This document shows positions 13,051 to 25,785 of a stretch of 64,000 bases of DNA, in pieces (the first letter of the stretch is position 1; every line of letters starts with the position of its first letter). Under the pieces are notes generated by a model. It ran no database searches and had not been told where the DNA came from. It worked only from the letters and a program-made list of their open reading frames with translations. The position numbers and the translations under genes were made by a program. The stretch lies in contig OX597825.1 in assembly GCA_951406725.2 (NCBI GenBank), positions 7,192,001 to 7,256,000 on the forward strand, given 5' to 3'. This stretch comes from Octopus vulgaris (Eukaryota).

Positions 13051-13721
13051 TACACAAATATATATTGACATACACACATTTTTATATCTAGAATCGAGAA
13101 TACTGATGTGTTTGTATGCCTAATTTATTTTATAATGTTCATTTATAGATTATGTTGGCCCCTTAGAACTGTAGTTTCATTTGTTTCAATATGAATTCTT
13201 TGCAAGACTTGCTCATGTATACAGCATCAAGCAACGCTGATACTAGAAACCACATGATGGGCAAAAGTGCAGCTGAGGATTTTTATATGCATTTGCAGTC
13301 TTTCAGATAAAGAAGGAAAATATAAAATATGAAACAGCATCGGAGAAAGCTGGCTTTGAAAATTCCATTAGCTGCCTTCGAATGTAGCAATCACATTCAG
13401 TATTGAACTGTTATATATGTAAATATATTCTGTCAAAAGCCTCATTGTTGATTTTGTATTTGGTTTGTAAATTTCTTTTCTAAATTCTGGTATAAATAAA
13501 ATAAAATAAAAACAAAGGAAAACGATTTAATTAACATTTTCTTTTCATTTCTAAATGTATGATTTCTCATCTAATCTCTAAATTTGCTGACATATCTCAA
13601 AAAAATTTTTTTTACCACAATACAAAACATAAACACTCGCTCACAAATACATACAAATGTATGAATATATATATGTAGGTACACACACACACACACACAC
13701 ACACACCTCTGTGTAATAGTG

Positions 13722-13950
13722 TGGAGGCATATGGCTCAGTGGTTAGGATGTTGAACTCATGATCATGACATTGTGGTTTTAGCCCCTGGACTGGGTGAAC
13801 ATTGTGTTCTTGAGCAAGACACTTTATTTTACATGGTTCAAGTTCACTCAGCAGAGAAAAATGAGTATTTCCTGCAATGGACTGGCGTCCCCTCCAGGGG
13901 GAGAAAATTTATGTGCCATGGAAACCAGGAATCTATATGACTCTATGTTA
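13722..13950 (+). mobile_element. SINE family D copy (with RTE-like tail)
   Basis: tggctcagtggttag head and gtgttcttgagcaagacacttt domain. Confidence 0.75.
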
Positions 13951-14166
13951 TGGGAGAATTCTGAACACCCCCACACGACTGAAGGTGGACTAGCCGAATA
14001 CAATAGATGGAAGTGAGTGACCTGATAGGGCCATAGTCGATGGTGTTGGTTCAACCATATTGGTTTACCTGTTCAGTGTGTGTTGATTGAAAAGTGAATT
14101 CAGTGTATTGTACCTGTGTTCAATTAGCACAGAGTGTGTTCTGTGTTAACATGTATTTCTGCAATA

Positions 14167-14612
14167 TTCTTTTATTCTTTCACTTGTTTCAGTCATTTGA
14201 CTGTGGCCATGCTGGAGCACCGCCTTTAGTCGAGTAAACCGACTCCAGGACTTATTCTTTGTAAGCCTAGTACTTATTCTATCGGTCCCTTTTGCCGAAC
14301 TGCTATAATTACAGGGACGTAAACACACCAGCATTGGTTGTCAAGTGATGTTAGTTGGGTGACAAACACACAAACACATAGACTCATATACATACATACA
14401 TACATACATACATACATACATACATACATACATACATAGATACATATGATGGGCTTCTTTCAGTTTCCATCTAACAAATTCACTCACAAGGTTTTGGTCT
14501 ACCCAAGGCTATAGTAGAAGATACTTGCACAAGGTTCCACACAGTGGGACAGAACCTGGAACCATATGGTTGGTAAGCAAGCTACTTACCACACAGCCAC
14601 TCTTGTGCCTAC
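14167..14612 (-). mobile_element. SINE family B, full length (tRNA head, CORE-like ccttgggcaagt domain, internal microsatellite)
   Basis: Homologous to copies at 18548, 49395 and 60618; CORE-like motif as in the octopus OR2 CORE-SINE (family assignment unverified). Confidence 0.85.
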
Positions 14613-15289
14613 AGGTTATTTTTAGATAACCACAACCAACTATTTATTTGTGTAATACCATTTTACACCAGACCTGTACACCCATCCATGCCACAACACT
14701 TGGAAAGGATCTTTCCCATCTTATTGTTATATAATGATAGTAACCAATATAAAGGCTGGTTGGCTGGTTGGCTGGCTGGTTGATTTCTCCAGTCCAGCTT
14801 TACATCATGCAAAGAGAAGAGTGGAGAGAGTAACAAAGAGATACAGTGAAAGTTAACATGAGAGGAACGGGATGAGTTCACACTCTCATACTAGGCTTGG
14901 TGGTGCACTACATACACACAACAGAGAGAAAGGGTCATAGAAACAGGGGAGGAGGAGGAAGGGGAGGAAATGAGAGTGGAGTTAAGGGAGGAGTTATGCA
15001 AATGCAAAAATGAAGAGAAACATTTCATTAGAAGCTAATTTTTTCTCTCCCTAAACCAGCTGAAGAAGTGATTAGATGCGGCAACAATTCAATGCCTTGG
15101 AAATTTACTGTAAGCAGCATATTTTGTTTATATGAGTGAATTCATGAAGCAATATTTCCATTTATTTCACATAGAAATTCCTTTGAGGTTCAACTAATTT
15201 TTAAGTATCAGAATTATATTCTCAGCGAAAAATGCTTTGATATGATGAATTAAAAATGTGCCTTGTGAGATTCAGATGTGTCTAGTAAC

Positions 15290-15542
15290 CATATGTGTGT
15301 ATGTGTGTGCGTGTGTGTATGTGTGTGTGCATGTGTGCGTGTGTATGTGTCCATGTGTATGTGTGTGTGTGTGCATGTGTATGTGTGCGTGTGTGTGTGT
15401 GTATATATATACATATCATTATATATACATACATGAATATTTATATATGTATATATATATATATGTGTGTATGTATATATATAAGTAAATATATACATAT
15501 ACATATAAGTGTATATATGTATGTGTATATGTGTGTGCATCA

Positions 15543-15573
<31 letters not shown>

Positions 15574-15602
15574 AATATGTATGTATATATAAATATGTAT
15601 AC

Positions 15603-15647
<45 letters not shown>

Positions 15648-15742
15648 TGTATGTATATATAAATATGTATACATACATACGTATATATATATATATATAT
15701 ATATAAATATGTATGTATATATAAATATGTATACATACATAC

Positions 15743-15779
<37 letters not shown>

Positions 15780-15794
15780 TGTATACATACATAC

Positions 15795-15834
<40 letters not shown>

Positions 15835-15925
15835 CATATATATATATGTGTGTGTGTGTGTATATATATATGACACATGCCTATGTGTATCAATGTCTAT
15901 ATACAATCCATAATATATATATATG
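15290..15925. repeat. (TG)n/(TA)n compound microsatellite with internal tandem blocks
   Basis: Read directly; aaatatgtatgtatatataaatatgtatacatacatac block repeated. Confidence 0.95.
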
Positions 15926-16011
15926 ATTAAAATTGTATCATTTTGGGGAAGACAGAAGAATAAATATGTGCATGTACATACCCAACAGGAAGAACTCAAC
16001 GAAAAGGTGTA

Positions 16012-16045
16012 ACTTACCTGTAAAAGAAAAAGAAAACAAAAATGG
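16012..16045 (-). promoter_or_regulatory. Candidate recursive splice site (3' splice site directly abutting a 5' splice site)
   Basis: Minus strand ccatttttgttttctttttcttttacag|gtaagt; junction at 16018/16017; lies in unique sequence. Confidence 0.55.
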
Positions 16046-16209
16046 TTATATTAATCTTTGCTGAAACAAATTATTCTCTTGACAAACAAATGTAAAGGAA
16101 AGGTAAAAAATAAATATTTGGTGGCAATATATATTCAGAAATCAAATAGTCAGTTTTCAAAAAGTACAAGAAAATGTATACAATTTTGTACATACAGATG
16201 TATGTGTAC

Positions 16210-16255
<46 letters not shown>

Positions 16256-16435
16256 ATTTCACTTACAACTTCAGTAAATTATGATGAATGTATTTTATTC
16301 TGATTCGTTAGTTGGAATCAGTTTTTCATGACAATATCTAAGATGATACAGTAATATTAGAAATGACAACAACGATGATAATAATAATAATAATAATAAT
16401 AATAATAGTAATAATAATAATAGTAATAACAATAA

Positions 16436-16891
16436 ATGCCCTGATGCATTGCCAAGCAGTGGCTCTCATGGTTTCTATGCCCTGATGCAGTACCAGGCAG
16501 TGGCTCTCATGGCTTCTGATCTTAACTGATTGGAAGTGTTATCATGTACATTGTTTTGTCTTGGTATAAAAGATGGGCTACAGCAAATATTCTGCTCAAT
16601 ACCACAGATTTGTTTGTCAGTTGTTTGACCTTAACCAGTTGAGCATGTCCCTTAGTAGTTGAAGATATGTGCATCTCTGACTACGAGCAGAAGTAGTGGG
16701 GGAGCTTCATAGCCATGTGTTGAGAGGGATTTTTGGGGGTTTGGATAATTCACCTCTGGAAACGTGGATGTTTTTTCCGTCATCCTTAAAGTGCCCTTAT
16801 TCAGGGACCTTTTGGGTGGGATGGCCTACTTGACCTGAAAAAATTTCTAACTGGGTCCTACCTGCAAGTTCATGTGCTATTTATTTTGAGA
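16436..16891 (+). mobile_element. Unclassified (AAT)n-associated interspersed repeat, 3'-truncated copy
   Basis: Closely matches 54620-55030; preceded by (AAT)n; its first ~40 bp are duplicated. Confidence 0.8.
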
Positions 16892-17032
16892 TGTAAACAG
16901 TAGCAGCATGACATTGTGAAGTATATTTGCCACCTAAATGTGGTTGACCCATAGGGGACGATGCTACTGTTGTTTATAGCCCCAGGAAGACATCTCCTCC
17001 AGCTGGCTATAGATACACTGTCTATGCATTAT

Positions 17033-17123
<91 letters not shown>

Positions 17124-17174
17124 TATAGAGAGAGAGAGAGGGAGAGAGAATGAGGTGCAGGAATGTCTGTCTAT

Positions 17175-17340
17175 AGGTGCTGGAGTGGTAGTGTGGTAAG
17201 TAGCTTGCTTCCGAACCACATGGTTCTGGGTTCAGTCCCACTACGTGACACCTTAGGCAAGTGTCTTCTACTATAGCCTCAGGCCAACCAAAGCCTTGTG
17301 AGTGAATTTGGTAGACAGAAACTGAAAGAAGCCCATTATA
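17175..17340 (+). mobile_element. SINE family B, 5' half
   Basis: gtgtggtaagtagcttgc...ggttcagtcccact...gaaactgaaagaagccc. Confidence 0.85.
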
Positions 17341-17356
17341 TATATATATTTGTATA

Positions 17357-17962
17357 TACAAGGGTTGGACAAAATAATGGAAACACCTAGCATCATAATT
17401 TTGAAATATCTATAAAACCGTCAAAAGCTTGTTAATTTTATGTTTTTTTATTTATTATTAGTGCTGCTTAATATGCCTTGCTAAAATTGCTGTTTCTTTT
17501 CAGATATCATCAGAAAAAGGTAATTAAAATTCATTAAAATGACAGATCTATGGAACTTTCAAAGAGGTCAAATTGTTGGTGCAGGCACTAGAGTAACAAA
17601 AACGGCTGAAATGTTTGGTGTATCAAGAAGTACTCTCTCAAAAGTAATGGCAGAAAGAGGGAAAAACCTCCTCGTCAAAATGAAACTCCGAAAGAAAACC
17701 AAAACTTTCAGATAGGGACTGTCGGACTCTTATGTGAATTGTTAGAAAGGATGACAAAAGTACAGCTCCCAAAATTACTGCAGAGCTTAATGAACACCTC
17801 GAGAACCCAGTTTCCACAAAAAAATGTTTGCTGGGAGCTGCACAAAGCCACATTTCACAGGAGGGCTGCAATCAGCAAAATACTACTTTCAAGACAAATG
17901 TTGCAGAGCATTTAGAGTGGAGTAAAAAGCCTACAGAATTGGTCCCTAGGGCAGTGGAAGAA
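17357..17962 (+). mobile_element. Tc1-like DNA transposon, 5' fragment with decayed transposase N-terminus
   Basis: TA-caagggttggacaaaataatggaaacacc TIR-like start; translation MTDLWNFQRGQIVGA..TKTAEMFGVSRSTLSKVM..RKPKLSDRD..TAPKITAELNEHLENPVST..NWSLGQWK with stops and frameshifts. Confidence 0.85.
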
Positions 17963-17965
17963 ATA

Positions 17966-18113
17966 CAGGTACTACTCACTTTTGCCAGCTGAGTGGACTG
18001 GAGTAATGTGAAATAAAGTGTCTTGCTCAAGGACACAATGTGTCACTGGGAATTGAACACACGACCTTACAATCATGAGACGACTACCTTATCCACTACG
18101 CCACACACCTTCA
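17966..18113 (-). mobile_element. SINE family D, 5' part
   Basis: Reverse complement of the 4857 family (aaagtgtcttgctcaaggacac). Confidence 0.8.
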
Positions 18114-18547
18114 CTATGTATACTTACACATACATACACACACATATTCTAGTTAGGCATTTCAGCACAACAGTTTGACTACGAAGTTTGCTTCAAGATC
18201 ACATGGTTCTTGCTTTAATGCCAAAGTGTGGTGCTGTGGGCAAATATCCTCTGATGTAGTCTTAAATTAAGCAATGAACTTTTGAGTGGAAATTTGGAAG
18301 AGAAAATTTGTAGAAGTCTGTTGCATGTGTGTGTGTGTGTATATCAATGTTTGAATTTATGTTATGTCTCATTAGCAGTTCATCAAACAGAGATCTATGA
18401 AATATGTATGAGACTGAAATGAATAATTGAAGTTGGTAAGATCAGTTAAACTCTCTCTCTCTCTTTCTCTTTTGGAAATGGCAAATCTTCATAGCTTCAA
18501 TGATTGGAAAGAATAAAAGAATTATCAGGGGAAGAATAAAAGAATTA

Positions 18548-19024
18548 TGATTCTTTTATTCTTTCATTCTTTTACTTGTTTCAATTACTAGACAGTGACC
18601 ATGCTGGGGCACCACCTTGAAGTTTTAGTTGAATGAGTTGACCCCCGGACCATCTTTTTCTTTTCTAAGCCAGGTACTTACTCTCTCAGTTCTTTTGCCA
18701 AAGTACTAGCTTATAGAGATATAAACACACCAAGACCAAAGTTACAGGGATGCGAACAAACCAATACAGGTTGTCAAGTGGTGGTGGTGGTGGTGGGGTG
18801 ACAAACAAAGACACAAAGACACACACGCAGATATATACATACACATATGTATATCTATCTATCTGGGCTGTTTTCAGTTTCAATCAATCAGATCCACTCA
18901 CAAAGCTTTGGTTGACCCGGGGCTATAGTGGAGGACAATTACCCAAGGTTCCACATAGCGGGACTGAACCTGGAACCATGTGGTTGGGGAGCAAACTTCT
19001 TACCTCATAGCCACACCTGCACCT
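18548..19024 (-). mobile_element. SINE family B copy
   Basis: Homology to 14167-14612. Confidence 0.8.
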
Positions 19025-19046
19025 ATCATGTCTGAAATTTCAATTT

Positions 19047-19200
19047 CATCATCATCATCATTGTTTAACGTCTACTTTCCATGCTAGCATGGGTCGGACG
19101 GTTCGACTGGGGTCTGGGAAGCCAGGAGGCTGCACCAGGCTCCAATCTGATCTGGCAGTGTTTCTACAGCTGGAATGCCTTCCTAACACCAACCACTCCA
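19047..19200 (-). mobile_element. RTE-tail repeat family E copy
   Basis: Homology to 12738-12890. Confidence 0.85.
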
Positions 19201-19726
19201 CTATTTCCCCATCGTTCCAGGGATTGGATCAACAACGCGAAACAAGACAAGGGTAGACATTTGAATTTAAAATTTTTACAATGCCCAAATATAGGTTTCA
19301 AGTTTTGACACAAGACCTGCAATTTTTGGCGAGGGGCTAAGTCACCTACATCAACCGCCAATGTTCAGCGACCCTGAAAGAACGCAAGGCAAATTTGAAC
19401 TCAGAGTATAAAGACAGACTAACTCAGAAATATTAAATGGCTTTCTCTACTTCTATTATTTGGAATGTTGGTAATTCTTGTTAGTCTTCTGCAACAGACA
19501 TTACAATACATGTTAGTCTTCTCTTTTTCTTATAATACATGTTAGTCTTCTCTTTTTCTTATAATACACGTTAGTCTTATTATAATACACATTATCACAC
19601 ATGTTAATCCTCGAAATAAATATTATTACATTAAGTGTTAAAAACCGAAAGACACATACTGCTTGCAAGCTGAGGATTGGTTTATCTTTAATATTTAATT
19701 AGTAGAATAAAGCAATTAGCTACCAG

Positions 19727-20360
19727 AGACGTTAGTATGCCGGGCAAAATGTTTAGTGGTATTTCGTCTGTCTTTATGTTCTGAGTTCAAATTCTGCTGA
19801 GGTCGACTTTACCTTTCATTCTTTTGGGGGGTAAATAAATTAAGTACCAGTTGTGTATTGGGGTCGATCTAATTGACTGGCCCCTTTCTCCCAAAATTTC
19901 GGGCATTGTGCCTAGAGTAGAAAAGATCAATTTAGGGCAGCAAGCTGGCAGAATTGTCAGCACACTGGGCAAAATGATTAGCAGTATTTCGTCTTTCTTT
20001 ACATTCTGAGTTCAAATTCCACCAAGGTCGACTTTGCTTTTCATCCTTTTGGGGTCGATAAAATAAGTACCAGTTATGCGCTGGGGTTGATGTGACATGT
20101 TCTGAGTTTAAATTTCACCAAGGTCAACTTTGCCTTTCATCCTTTTGGGGGTCGATAAAATAAGTACCAGTTATGCACTGGGGTCGAAGTGATATGTTCT
20201 GAGTTCAAAATCCCACCAAGGTCGACTTTGCCTTTCATCCTTTTGCCGTCGATAAAATAAGTACCAGTTACACACTGGGGTCGATGTGATCAACTTAATA
20301 CTTTTGTCTGTCTTTGTTTGTCCCCTCTATGTTTAGCCCCCTGTGGGCAATAAAGAAATA
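19727..20360 (+). mobile_element. SINE family A cluster: two copies, the second with a triplicated ~97-bp central domain
   Basis: ttctgagttcaaa...gtaccagtta block recurs near 20004, 20100 and 20197. Confidence 0.9.
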
Positions 20361-22818
20361 AATATTTTATTTGGAGATTCATAATAAGCAAGAAGAGAAA
20401 ATGGTAAATTGTCTGGAAGATTTTCAATTAACAATAAACACAGAAACTAGAGTGTGACATGAACGCTACATGGTAATGTTAGACTGGATCCATTACATTG
20501 TATTTTCACTGAATACAGTTTTACTTTGAACTTGGCTTTTATTATTATGGCAGTTAATTTGTTTTTCTAAGAAATTGTTATTTTCTCCAAGTTGTTCTTT
20601 GAAAATATTGCAGAGAGCCTCTAGAAATTAACCAAATATTAATACGATCTTCCAGATAAATATGCATTTCAATTGTATTTAAAAGGTAGTCTAAAAGTTC
20701 TAGTAGAGCAGAATATGCATTTATAACCAGCTTGAGGGCATTCTATACAATTTTGTTATCAAGGAATATGGTTAGGAATAATAAGTTGAATCAATTCTAA
20801 GACAGATGAAAGCTGGATTCAGCTAGTCAGAGTCACATGATTTGAATTATCTTGAAGCAAATACCACTCTCTCAGAAGTTAATCAATAACTAATAGTGGT
20901 AATAGTGATTGGTCGGTATTATTGTGTAATGTGGGAAGTAATTTCACTGGCAGTTTGCATATCAATGCTAAGAAATGCATTGGTTGTAAAGGATAATAAT
21001 TAAACTGTAAGGATGGTAGTCAGTTGTGTAGTAGTAGTAGTATCGCTGAGAGAAGACGAGCTTGGGTTTCATAGCTTCACATGAGGAAAGAAGAGATAGC
21101 ATGTGCTATTAGGAATTTATGGTTTAATGGTCATATATAAGGAACGATTTCTTCTCTTTGTCTCACAGACGTAGAATGTGTTTAAAACTGGATTCAAACA
21201 AACTGGATTTTAATGGAAGCTAAACTAATAAGGAAGTGTAGAGTGAGGAGGAGATCTGGAAAGTTAAGGAAAATGAAATTATTTGAACGTGTATAAGACA
21301 AGATAAGTTGCTAGTTTAGGAAAATATCATTGAATTTATCATGGCCAACATGTATATAATTATATAAGTGTGTGTGTTTGTGTATGGATGAAATATTAAT
21401 ATCTGAAGAACATGGTAATCAAAGGCATACAAATTGTATTAAAATCTTCGAGTATCAACAAATGCCATGTACAGTAGTAGAACTAAGAATATAAAGGAGC
21501 GAAGATCAAAAACTATCTGAATAGTTTGGTAAAAGTTCCCTTCAAACAGTTATTTAATTATGGTTTGAAAGTTATCTCAAATTCAGATTAATAATTTCAG
21601 TGTTCTGTCAAAATCGAGGGTTTTGATAGTTTTTTTAGAACAGAAAACATACATAGTTAGATATAAAATGGTTAAGTTAAAGTTTTATCTGGTTGTCATG
21701 GTAATAAAAAGTATACATTAACTAAACACAGCATAAAATACTTTGTAATTCTTGGACTCACGTCTGAAGGCAGCCAACCATTTACTACCGTTCTTATTTG
21801 TATTAAGTACTCTTGGAGTGGTTGGCATTAGGAATAGCATCCAGCTGTAAAAACCAAGCCAAATCAAATTGGAATCTGCTACAATTCTCCAGCTTGGCAA
21901 TTCCAGTCAAACTGTCTAACCCATACCAGCATGGAAAATGGATAATGATGATGATGAGGATGATGTCTCTCTGTCTCTCTCCCCCTCTCTCTCTCTCCAG
22001 TTCCAGATGAAAGGACGATGGGTGAGCAGGCAGAAATGACAGAATGCTGGATGAGGTACTTTAACTTATTAATTTAAACTTCAACTTCTGAGTTCAAATC
22101 TCAACCATTAAAAATTTTTTTTTTTTCCATCTGATAAACTAAGAACCACGATTCTGTTAAGGTTGACCCAAACGAGTGCCACCATTCCATTAAGGCTGAA
22201 CCAAATGATTGCACTTTGCTATTAAAAACGATGATCAAGTGTAAAAGTAATCAATGTTTGCAACTAAAAGAGTTTCATTCAAATAATGAAAATAGTTATT
22301 AAAACAATCTCTGAAACTATATAAACTGCTTAATTACAAAATATCTGCCAATTATCGTTAGAAAACTAAATCTTTTTCATAAATTGCTTTGAAAATTTAA
22401 CAACAACAAAAATACACTGTCGTCATTAATTTATAATAAGAGAACATGCAAAATAGTATTCTGTCACACTATAGATATAGATAACGACTAGTTAATGGAT
22501 AAATTAACTGATTTAAATTGAAATATAAAGCTCATGTTTTTATAGTCGGATACATTAGATAATGCAGAAAGACAAAGCAGAAGTGAACCAGGTAATGTAT
22601 GGTTAGAATAAACCATTAATTGATTGTATATAACTATGCAGTAATAATGTATAATGTTATTAATATAATGGTATGAGTACGAGTAGAGGAATGTGTTATG
22701 TAAAGCTCGTACAAGTCCACCTTCCTTCCTATCAGTTTTGTGTTCAATGTTCAGATGAGTAGGGGTTCAAGAGAGCTATGATACAAAAGCTTTGAAGGGC
22801 ATCTTGATACTGCACATG

Positions 22819-22976
22819 CATTAGCATAGCTGGGTAGGGTCAGTCGTCCCCGGGCAGCACTTTTAAAGGGGTGGCACTTTTGGGTCTGTTGTAGGCATTA
22901 TGCATATTTTTGTGGGGCCTAGGGGTGGCAAATGGAAGGGCCGCCCTGGGCAGAGCACACTCTAGCTTTGCTAGTG
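22819..22976. mobile_element. hAT-like MITE
   Basis: Imperfect TIRs cattagcatagctgg / ctagctttgctagtg; 8-bp flanks tgcacatg (22811-22818) and cacacatg (22977-22984). Confidence 0.6.
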
Positions 22977-23957
22977 CACACATGTAGTTTTGAATGGAAG
23001 TTTTAGAAATAATTCTATGAGCAACATCATTATTTCATTCCACCCATGCCAGCATGGAAGACAGGCGTTAAATGACGGTAATGATGATGTTTAAAGCTGT
23101 CAGTTGCATACTGGTTTGATCCAGTAAGCAACTGGTTTGATCCAAGAAGATAATGACATCTTAAGTGGATGTAAAAGTAAATTTTTTAATTCATATACTT
23201 GAAATAGAGTTTTGTTGTTTATACACAAATACATATGTATATATATATATGGTATTTATGAGTGAGGTGTGTTTTGCAAATATTCTTTGCTTTCATTCTT
23301 TTATTTGTTTCAGTCATTTGACTGTGGCCATGCTGGAGCACCAACTTTGGTCGAACAAATCAACCCCAGGAATTATTCTTTGTAAGCCTAGGACTTACTC
23401 TTTTGCCAAACTGCTAAGCGATGGTGGGGGAACAAGTATCTCAGCAGTACAATATTATAAAAACTAAAGCTAAATATTGTCTTCAATGAATATCTAAGCT
23501 TTGTGAAAATATTATTTTAAAACTTGTTTACCTAATATTGCTTGTCAATGATATTTATAGAATCAATTTTCCGCAACTAAGTTTGTCTTTTTAACTGAAT
23601 GTTCATCTGACAAAAACATCAACGAACCTCTGCCTCTGATTAGACACGGAATGAAGTGAACGTTGTTATTAATATTGAAACAACTACGAAACAAATAAAT
23701 AAATATTGGTGCTTGAAAAGAAATATCAATGTTTAATAATTAATAATTGTCAAAAAAAAGGTGAAACAAATTCATGTTGACTGTCATTGGAATTAGAGTC
23801 AGTTTATAGCTGAGACAAGACTGAGTAAAACCGAATAATCTTTCCCTCACTCACAACACAATACAGAATTTATATCGTTTGGTGGTATTTAGTCTTACTT
23901 TCAGCTGCAAAGCCAGAACATTCACTAATTTTACGGTAACATGTGTATATATATATA

Positions 23958-24138
23958 TGGGGAGAATTCACAAAAAAAGAAAAAAGACGAAGACAGGTGG
24001 TGTAGACAACAAACAGATGTATTAGTTTAACGCTCTGGAAGTGAAAAAGTCTTTTACGTTTCGAGCTTACGCTCTTCAACAGAAAGGAACACAGAAAGAA
24101 ACAAGGAGAGAAAATAAAGAATGTATAGTGGCTAGCAG
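23958..24138 (-). mobile_element. Penelope-like pLTR remnant with variant hammerhead motif (24051-24086)
   Basis: Minus strand cttt-CTGTTGA-a-gagc gtaa gctc-GAAA-cg-TA-aaag; flanked by (TA)n. Confidence 0.5.
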
Positions 24139-24161
24139 TGTGTATGTATGTATATATATGC

Positions 24162-24205
<44 letters not shown>

Positions 24206-24218
24206 GTGCATATATACA

Positions 24219-24447
24219 TAGGGTCATCTCATAAATAATGCAGTTTCTTTTTATTTTTCAAAATTAAGATAAATTCTTTTTTAATTTAAAATATACTCTA
24301 CTTTTAATGCTCCTTAATCTATCTGGTAGATTGCAAGGCCCCACTTCCAAAATTCACTTGCCCATGTCAAAGAATACTCCTCCAGTACTGTTCTGCCTTT
24401 GTCTAGAGAATTCATATTTTTTTCTTTCAAAATGATTTGGAAGACTT
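24219..24447 (-). mobile_element. Mariner transposase C-terminal remnant with terminal repeat
   Basis: Minus-strand translation SLPNHFERKNMNS...LEEYS...EFWKWGL../LPDR resembles the mariner C-terminus. Confidence 0.55.
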
Positions 24448-24449
24448 CA

Positions 24450-24524
24450 GAATACTCTCCAGTCTTCATCAGGTGTCTTGGGGAAATTTCAAACCTGGGT
24501 TCTCATTCCTAAGGTATTTTTCGA

Positions 24525-24571
<47 letters not shown>

Positions 24572-24669
24572 TCAAAGCCTGGAATCAAACTTGGAATCTT
24601 GGGGTTAGTAGCCCATGCCCTTAACCACTACACCATATGCCCACAGGCATATGAATAATAATAATAATC

Positions 24670-24702
<33 letters not shown>

Positions 24703-24840
24703 TCAAAAAATAGCTTTCGAATGAGAACCCAGGTTCGAAACTTCAACAAGACACCTGATGAAGGCTGGAGGCTATATAAGCCGAAATGTGTTAACAATAA
24801 ACAAGATGAGGACAAATATCCGTCAAATGTAAATAAATAA
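24450..24840. mobile_element. Head-to-head inverted pair of hammerhead-bearing tRNA-SINE (family H): - copy 24450-24642, + copy 24645-24840
   Basis: Both arms carry (AAT)n-aacatc..aaata..ttaggaatgagaacccagg..gacacCTGATGAag; central catatgcc-caca-ggcatatg. Confidence 0.85.
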
Positions 24841-25632
24841 TATCTAAAAAACTGTGTTGGGCAGCTTTAAATTGGTGGCTTTCATTTCGTTTGGTTGATG
24901 GAATCTTGATATTGTTAAAGATGTTGTCAAAAAGACAAAATAAAACCCATGATAAGAAAATTCCCCATGAATAGTAAGAGGATATATTGGGAAGATACCA
25001 AAATAAAGAAATATCAAAAAAGAAGTTGATGTAAAAATTTAAAGAAATATAAATTGTGGAAGACAGGAATTCTATTGAAGTTTTATAAGAACTTCTACTT
25101 GAAGACCTCATTATAAAAACATTAAACATTATATAAAGGGTAAGAAAAATAAAGATATAAATACGAACCTATTTTGAGAGGTGAAATAAAATGGAGATGA
25201 AATTTGTAAAATATTTTATAGAAATTGAGAAATCTAGACAGAAGTGCATTTAACCTTTGCAAAATAGAATTAATTCTTTATATTCCAACATGTCTAAATA
25301 CACACTTAGTCATGTTCTTAGGTAGCATGAGAATTTTTCTTGGCTCTATTACCAAAATGTCTAAACTGCCTGTCTATGAAATGTGTTCAACCTGTTCAAG
25401 ATTATTCTTCATTCAATGTTACCAACATGTTCAACATAGAATGATAATGGTAATGGCATAAATTATTTGGTTAGCGTCATGATCCTTATTTTTATTTCCA
25501 CTGAGCAACTTAAACAAACATCTGGAAAAGCAATGATTGATTTAATGTTTAACAGGAATTCTCATTTAATGTATTAAATATATTGTTTTAGTTCACATAT
25601 ATTTAAAGCTTCACTAAATACACACACACACA

Positions 25633-25785
25633 TAGGTTTCTTTCAATTTCCATCTACCAAATCTACTCACAAGGCTTTGGTTGGCCTGAGGCTATAGTAG
25701 AAGGCACTTGCCCAAGGTGCCATACAATGGGGCTGAACCTGGAACCATGTGGTTGGTAAGCAAGCTTCTTACCACACAGCCACCT
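25633..25785 (-). mobile_element. SINE family B, 5' half
   Basis: Homology to 14450-14600. Confidence 0.85.

Noticed and set aside
14990-15010. Octamer ATGCAAAT (POU site)
   Set aside because: A single 8-mer is expected by chance in 64 kb of AT-rich sequence
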